Program-made: the position numbers and the translations under genes
Notes under the pieces: generated by a model
Told to the model about the DNA's origin: nothing
The model's database searches: none
What the model saw: only the letters and a program-made list of their open reading frames with translations
Shown: in pieces, positions 58,901 to 64,000 of the stretch
Numbering within the stretch: position 1 is the stretch's first letter
How the letters are laid out: each line of letters opens with the position of its first letter
Origin: Octopus bimaculoides
Lineage: Eukaryota
Length of the DNA stretch: 64,000 nt
Direction of reading: 5' to 3'
Assembly (NCBI RefSeq): GCF_001194135.2
Contig: NC_068981.1
Span: 138,978,323-139,042,322, forward strand

Positions 58901-60545
58901 TTTGGCTGTTTGAATTTGTTTTAAATTTATTTAATTTTATATTCAGATTTCTGATGATGAAGATGACACCCATCCAAATATTGACACAGCCAGCTTGTTC
59001 CGCTGGCGTCACCAGGCTCGTATTGAGAAGATGGAACAAGCGAAAAAGGAGAGAGAAAGCTTTGAAGAAAGTGTCAAAACGTATGTACACAATGTTTCAT
59101 TGTTTGTTGTTGTTTAGTTCCATGTGGAACCACCATATGGTCAAAACTCTTCTAGCCATAACCATCTTGTCATTTTGTAAACCAGAGTCTACACTGCCTA
59201 TGTCTCCTTAATAATGGAACCTTTATCATTTACTTGTTTCAGTCATTGGACTGCAGCCATGCTAGGGTACTGCTTTGAAGGATTTAGTCGAATAAATTGA
59301 CACCCAGTACTTATTTTCTAAGTCTGGTATGTAATCTATTGGACTCTTGCCAAACCACTAAATTATGTGGATGTAAACAAACCAGCATCTGTTAAGTGGT
59401 GGTGGTGGTGGTAAGAGGAGAAACACAAAAGTAGTGTATATTTGAGTGAGATTTAATGTTTATAGCATTTTGAGCCTCTGTGTACAATTTCCTCATTGGC
59501 TCATTCTTTACACATGAAGGCATAGCTACAAAGAAGTTGCTGGACCACTAACCTTATTTCAAACCCTCACTGGAATCATTATGTTGTTCAGCTGACCTCT
59601 GATCAAGGACATTCCGGCCGTAGCTACCCTGTCTTTAGAAATGAAATGGACGATAGAGAGATTAAATCATGGATGGGGTAGACCCAGGAAGATGTGGGAC
59701 AAGGTGGTGAAATGTGATCTTCAGTTGTTGAGCCTCGTAGAGGCAATGACAAATAACTGAGACTTCTGATGATTTGCTGTGCTTGAGAAGACATATCAAG
59801 CTAAGTAAAATTGTGGTAAAAAAAAAATCATCCAGTTCACTTTGTAAAGTAGTTGGCGTTAAGAAGAGCATCCAGCTGTAGAAATCATGCCAAAACAAAC
59901 TGGAACCTGGTGCAGCTCTTCCACCCATGACAGACATTAAATGATGATGATTACAACACATCACCATCCTTTAACGTCTGCTTTCCATGCTGGCATGGGT
60001 TGGACAGTTTGACCAGAGCTGGCAAGCTGGGGAGCTACCCCAGGTTCCAGTCTGATTTGGCATGGCTTCTATGACTGGATGACAACCACTTTACAATGTG
60101 TGCTCAGTGCTTTTAATTTGACACTGGCATGATCGTTTTTGTGTGACACGTTTTGTGTGGCACTCCATGTTATTTTATATGTTGGAGTGTGCAATATAAT
60201 CTTCACCTAGTTGGATGCAGTGACAGTATATTTCTGGCTCTCTGCCTGTTTAACCAACTACCTACAATGACAAATATCCTCTTGAGTGAAACTGGTCTTG
60301 AAAATACTCAACAAAACAACCAATTAATATAAATTATAGCTATTTACTCACTACATCTAAATTCTCAGTCTATTTCCAAAATAAATTGAATTGAAATTTT
60401 ATTGGTTGTGTATTTCAATAGGGGTTAAATTGTGAGTTCAATACAGGTTTTAGGGCAATTGTAGTATAATTTATTTCCTTATAACTATTTCAGAAATAAG
60501 AAAAGGTTAGAGGAAAAAAAACAGAAACTCAATGAAGCTGATAAG
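43611..60545 (+). CDS. CDC37: Hsp90 co-chaperone Cdc37, 5' part (exons 1-3; gene continues beyond the window)
   Basis: Spliced product [74 protein letters not shown]. It carries the diagnostic Cdc37 N-terminal [34 protein letters not shown] motif. Confidence 0.95.
43810..44145. repeat. Compound (CT)n/(TA)n/(CA)n/(TG)n microsatellite cluster just inside CDC37 intron 1
   Basis: Directly visible. Confidence 0.9.
45484..45633. repeat. Degenerate interstitial TTAGGG tract, related to the element at 21351-21704
   Basis: Shares acccgcacgat(c/t)ttcactaggg followed by ttaggg repeats with 21396-21460. Confidence 0.75.
45660..45880 (+). mobile_element. SINE family M, best-preserved copy
   Basis: gggcggtgagctggcagaatcgttag head, gagttcatattcc B-box-like, and gaggtcgacttgcctttcatcctttcagggtcgat...agtaccag centre. 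Other copies lie at about 32365-32530, 33385-33540 and 56389-56592. Confidence 0.88.
46849..46928. mobile_element. 80-bp micro-MITE with 16-bp perfect TIRs and a TTAGGG-like core, inserted in a family M SINE (about 46737-47042)
   Basis: aaagaatacgtacacc / ggtgtacgtattcttt. Confidence 0.7.
48830..50300 (+). mobile_element. 5'-truncated RTE LINE (ORF2 with PHD finger, thumb region and C-terminus; 3' UTR modules; rearranged end)
   Basis: Reads [27 protein letters not shown]...CGRC, then YLGDQ...[12 protein letters not shown]...[16 protein letters not shown]...GRGRPKKTW. It contains stops and frameshifts. Confidence 0.92.
50644..51145. mobile_element. piggyBac-type MITE interrupted by an RTE 3' fragment (about 50820-51093, plus)
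   Basis: TTAA flanks at 50640-50643 and 51146-51149; body collinear with 1880-2094. Confidence 0.72.
54812..55070. mobile_element. hAT (Charlie-like) MITE, second family
   Basis: Perfect 16-bp TIR caggggttttcaaact / agtttgaaaacccctg; imperfect 8-bp TSD ttctaaac/tcccaaac. Confidence 0.8.
57670..58246. repeat. Composite minisatellite of 16-bp (ttctcctctgcccgag) and 8-bp (ttgaaaat) modules spanning an N-gap
   Basis: Visible on both sides of gap 57783-58098. Confidence 0.9.
58947..59080 (+). CDS. CDC37: CDC37 coding exon 2 ([25 protein letters not shown]...EESVK)
   Basis: 134 nt; TTCAG acceptor, GTATGT donor; phase 2 out. Confidence 0.95.
60494..60545 (+). CDS. CDC37: CDC37 coding exon 3 ([17 protein letters not shown], coiled-coil)
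   Basis: 52 nt; TTCAG acceptor, GTAAGT donor; phase 2 in matches exon 2; charged helical composition. Confidence 0.82.
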
Positions 60546-60587
60546 GTAAGTAATTGTGAAGATTTCACCAGGTTTTATGATTTAAAT

Positions 60588-61084
60588 CAGGGGTTCTCAA
60601 CTATTTTTTACCTATGAACCTCTTTGGTTACTATCTTCTAGTGGACTACCGTATCCATTCTATGTTTAAAAACTAGGGCTATCTTTCGATTTGATATGAA
60701 GAAACGACAAGTAAAAGCACATGGGTTTTGTTTACATTTATTCGGCTAACCCTAACCCTAACAGGCCAATTAGATGTAAACAAAACCCATGTGCTTTTAC
60801 TTGAAGTTTCTTCACATCAAATCAAAAGATAGCCAAAACTAGTTTTATAGAAACTTCTTTCAAAGTTCCTATTTTGTTTTTCCCACATTCACTTGTGTAG
60901 ATTGAACTATGTAAACTGTTAGAAAAAGAAACCTATTTGTTTCTTGCCATACACACCAATGCATGCATCTAAAGTAAAAATATTTTAGTGGCTCTTAAAA
61001 TAGTATTGTGGATCCCTATTTTACTATTTTGTCGCTTGAACCCCCCCCCACAAATCTTATATGGACCCTGGTTGAGGACATTTG
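60588..61084. mobile_element. hAT MITE family H, 42 bp downstream of CDC37 exon 3, carrying a nested element
   Basis: caggggttctcaac...ggttgaggacatttg; TSD atttaaat/atttaagt. Confidence 0.8.
60677..60834. mobile_element. 158-bp foldback MITE with about 61-bp TIRs, a (CCCTAA)n loop and an 8-bp TSD
   Basis: ggctatctttcgatttgatatgaagaaac...gtttacat is mirrored at the right end. TSD aaaactag at 60669-60676 and 60835-60842. The empty site is seen in family H copies at about 24890 and about 41450. Confidence 0.9.
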
Positions 61085-62068
61085 ATTTAAGTAATGAGAT
61101 AGATCTTATTGTGATGTATTTTACTTATTCTAGTTTTTTATAATGGCAATATATTTACTGTCTTTTGAAATTTTGCTTTGCTATTGTAATAAATTTATAT
61201 GTCCATAAGCTACATGCTCTTTTATTGGATTCAACCACTGAATTGTGGCCATGCTGGGGCACTGCCTTCTAGAATATAGTAAATTATACCAACCCAAGCA
61301 GTTATTTTATTGAACTGGGCAAGAATTGATCTGGCAGTAAAGAGTTGTAATCAAATATTACAAAATATTTTATCCTGCCATCTACTGGTTTTTCCATCGA
61401 AATGCTTATTTGTGTTGTATTTAAATACACAAGGTGGCAGTGCCCTGTAAAAAGCACCCAGTATACTCTGTAAAGTGGTTGATGTTAGGTCATCCAGCCA
61501 ATAGAAACCATGCCAAAGCAGACAATTGAGGCCTGGTGCAGCTCTCTGGCTGGCCATTTCCTGCTAAACTGTCCAATCCATGCCAGCATGAAAATTGGAT
61601 GTTAACTGATGATGATGGTCAGTAAATTAGTACTCAGTAAATATTTATAAATGTATTCAGTGTTGTACTTTTGATCCATTAATTGTTTGCTTTGAAGAAG
61701 GGCCCTATCCAAAATATGTTCATTAAACCTCCATGGTACATGAACTTGTCTTAAAAAAAAATATTATAAGCTGTTTCTCAGATTTCCATCAATTATCCAT
61801 TGATAATTAATAAAGTCTTTCATAACTATTCACATTTCCATTTGCCATCGCTATGAACCAGAATGATATAACTGCATGGGATAAACAGGATTTAGATTAG
61901 AGGGAATTTTTGTTTTTAATATACAAAACCTCATTACCTCTTAATGTGTAGTTTTCAATTAATGATAACTGTACAGTTGTAGTGTCATGTAACTTGCTCA
62001 ATAGCCTATTCTTATTTAATTTTTGCTTAGAAGAAAGTGTCTCACTGAGAGTAATTACTCTCAGTTGT

Positions 62069-62440
62069 TACTCTTTTACTTGTTTCAGTCATTTGACTGT
62101 GGCCATGCTGGAGCACCACCTTTACTCGAACAAATCGACCCCAGGACTTATTCTTTGGAAGCCTAGTACTTATTCTATTGGTCTCTTTTGCCGAACCGCT
62201 AAGTTACGGGGACGTAAACACACCAGCATCGGTTGTCAAGTGATGTTGGGGGGACAAACACAGACACGCAAACACACACACACACACACACATACATATA
62301 TACGACCGGCTTCTTTCAGTTTCCGTCTACCAAATCCACTCACAAGGCTTTGGTCGGCCCAAGGCTATAGTAGAAGACACTTGCCCAAGGTGCCACGCAT
62401 GTGGTTGGTAAGCAAGCTACTTACCACACAGCCACTCCTG
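62069..62440 (-). mobile_element. SINE family A, well-preserved copy with a small internal deletion
   Basis: Reverse complement of the 25222-25648 structure. Confidence 0.88.
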
Positions 62441-63066
62441 TTGATTTGATTTGTTTTAAATTTTGGTATGTAGTAACAGGTTGAAATAGTTTATATTTTT
62501 AGTTTAAGAATTGGGATAATGTGGAATGGAATTGTTGTTTTGTCCCTAGTCAGCTCTGATTAAGCAAACCTTTGATTAAAAGCATTCAAACTATAACCAT
62601 GCCATCTCTTTATATATTGAGGACTACATTGTGCAATGTAGCCTTCCTCTTTTTAAGATAGTAAGGGTGAGTTTCAGGAGGTTTTGACATATTTCTAGCA
62701 AGTAATGTGATTACATAATGGCAACCTTGTTCACATTATAATTATTATTTTTAAAGTGGTAGTCTACAATTCTCCTTTCTATTTCTGAACAATCTTGTCC
62801 AGTCAAGAATAATGTGTTCTGCTGTTGAAACAAGTCTGAGCAAGTTGTGGTAGTTTCAATAGCTGTTAATTAAGCTTTTTTATCATGTGAGGTTTGTTTG
62901 ATATTGAAAATTGATGGAAATAAACAAGCAGTTAATGCTGTAAACATCTTTTGCAAATTGGTTGTATATGTAATGTGATGATTTGTATTCAATGATTCCA
63001 TGTGGCAACTACTAAGCCATGTATGTTACATCATATTGACCATCACATGGGTTGTTGCCAACTTAA

Positions 63067-63432
63067 TCCTTTAGCACTCAGATTTTTCTCTCGAATGTAA
63101 TACTCATTCATTCACATTCATCATCATCATCATCATCGTTTAACGTCCGCTTTCCATGCTAGCATGGGTTGGACGATTTGACTGAGGACTGGTGAAACCG
63201 GATGGCAACACCAGGCTCCAGTCTGATTTGGCAGAGTTTCTACAGCTGGATGCCCTTCCTAACGCCAACCACTCAGAGAGTTTTAAATTAATCCTGCATT
63301 AACCCATAGTTTTGGGATTTAGGTGATGTGATTGTTTATTTTTATAACGACATTGTAGGGTAGCTATGAGAAGCCAGATCAGCTTAGTTTGATTATAAAA
63401 CAAGAAGAATATTTGGGCCAGATTTGGCCGGA
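63067..63432. mobile_element. piggyBac-type MITE (partial) interrupted by a young RTE 3' end (about 63118-63281, minus)
   Basis: TTAA at 63063-63066 followed by tcctttagcactcaga; the RTE part is nearly identical to 16921-17070. Confidence 0.72.
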
Positions 63433-63654
63433 TTGTTAGAAACTGTATGGTTTTGGTTTTGTATAAACTGATCAACAGCCAGTTCTTAGTATTATATAAA
63501 AGAAAAATGACATTGCAGACAGTAAGAGTAGGGATGCTGCTGTGAAGCTGTGGCTATCAGCAGAGAAATGCAGGACAGAGCTAATATGTGTCAATCCTAA
63601 ATAAAGAACCTTCAACAGTTACACTAAATCCCGGATGAGATTATCCTTTATATT

Positions 63655-64000
63655 TTTTTTTTATCTTTTACTTGTTTCAGTCAGATTGTGGCCATGCTGG
63701 GGTACTGCCTTGAAAATTTTTTAGTCAAATGAATCGACCCCAGTACTTTTATTTTGTAAGCCTGGTTCTTATTCTATTGATATCATTTGCCGAACTGCTA
63801 AGTTACGGGGACATAAACACACCGGCACTGGTTAAGTGGTGTTGAGTAGGCATAGGGTACAGTCACACACACACGCACACACATACATCCATATATATGA
63901 CAGGCTTCTTTCAGTTTCCATCTTACCAAATCCATTTACAAGGAGGCTATAACAGAGGACGCTTGTCCAAGGTACCACACAGTGGGACAACCTGGAACTA
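63655..64000 (-). mobile_element. SINE family A, diverged copy running to the window end
   Basis: Family A tail and head sequence. Confidence 0.75.

Noticed and set aside
60546-64000. CDC37 exon 4
   Set aside because: No segment encoding the expected continuation toward PWNVDT was found; it lies beyond the window

Overview
AT-rich, repeat-dense eukaryotic genomic DNA from a draft assembly with nine N-gaps. The SINE and LINE content looks octopod, most likely Octopus, but this is inferred and the species cannot be proven from the sequence. Two spliced genes sit head-to-head, with their start codons about 8.9 kb apart. (1) A complete 11-exon CYP20-family cytochrome P450 gene on the minus strand (34723 to 6913). 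It has all GT-AG introns and an uninterrupted 1407-nt CDS (468 aa). (2) The first three coding exons of CDC37 (Hsp90 kinase co-chaperone) on the plus strand, from 43611; the gene runs off the window. The main observation is that this CYP20 keeps the membrane anchor, the ExxR motif and the PERF motif, but its heme-binding loop reads [15 protein letters not shown]. Asp412 sits where the normally invariant heme-thiolate cysteine belongs, so it is a candidate intact but heme-less or non-canonical P450. The rest of the window is transposon-derived or tandem repeat. It includes a Tc1 end, RTE LINE fragments (one with a PHD finger inside ORF2), degenerate CR1/Jockey-type LINE pieces and at least four tRNA-derived SINE families. 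It also includes hAT- and piggyBac-type MITEs, a Helentron-type element, several small TIR elements carrying TTAGGG repeats, minisatellites and microsatellites. Nearly all ORFs in the supplied track are artefacts of gaps, microsatellites or repeats.
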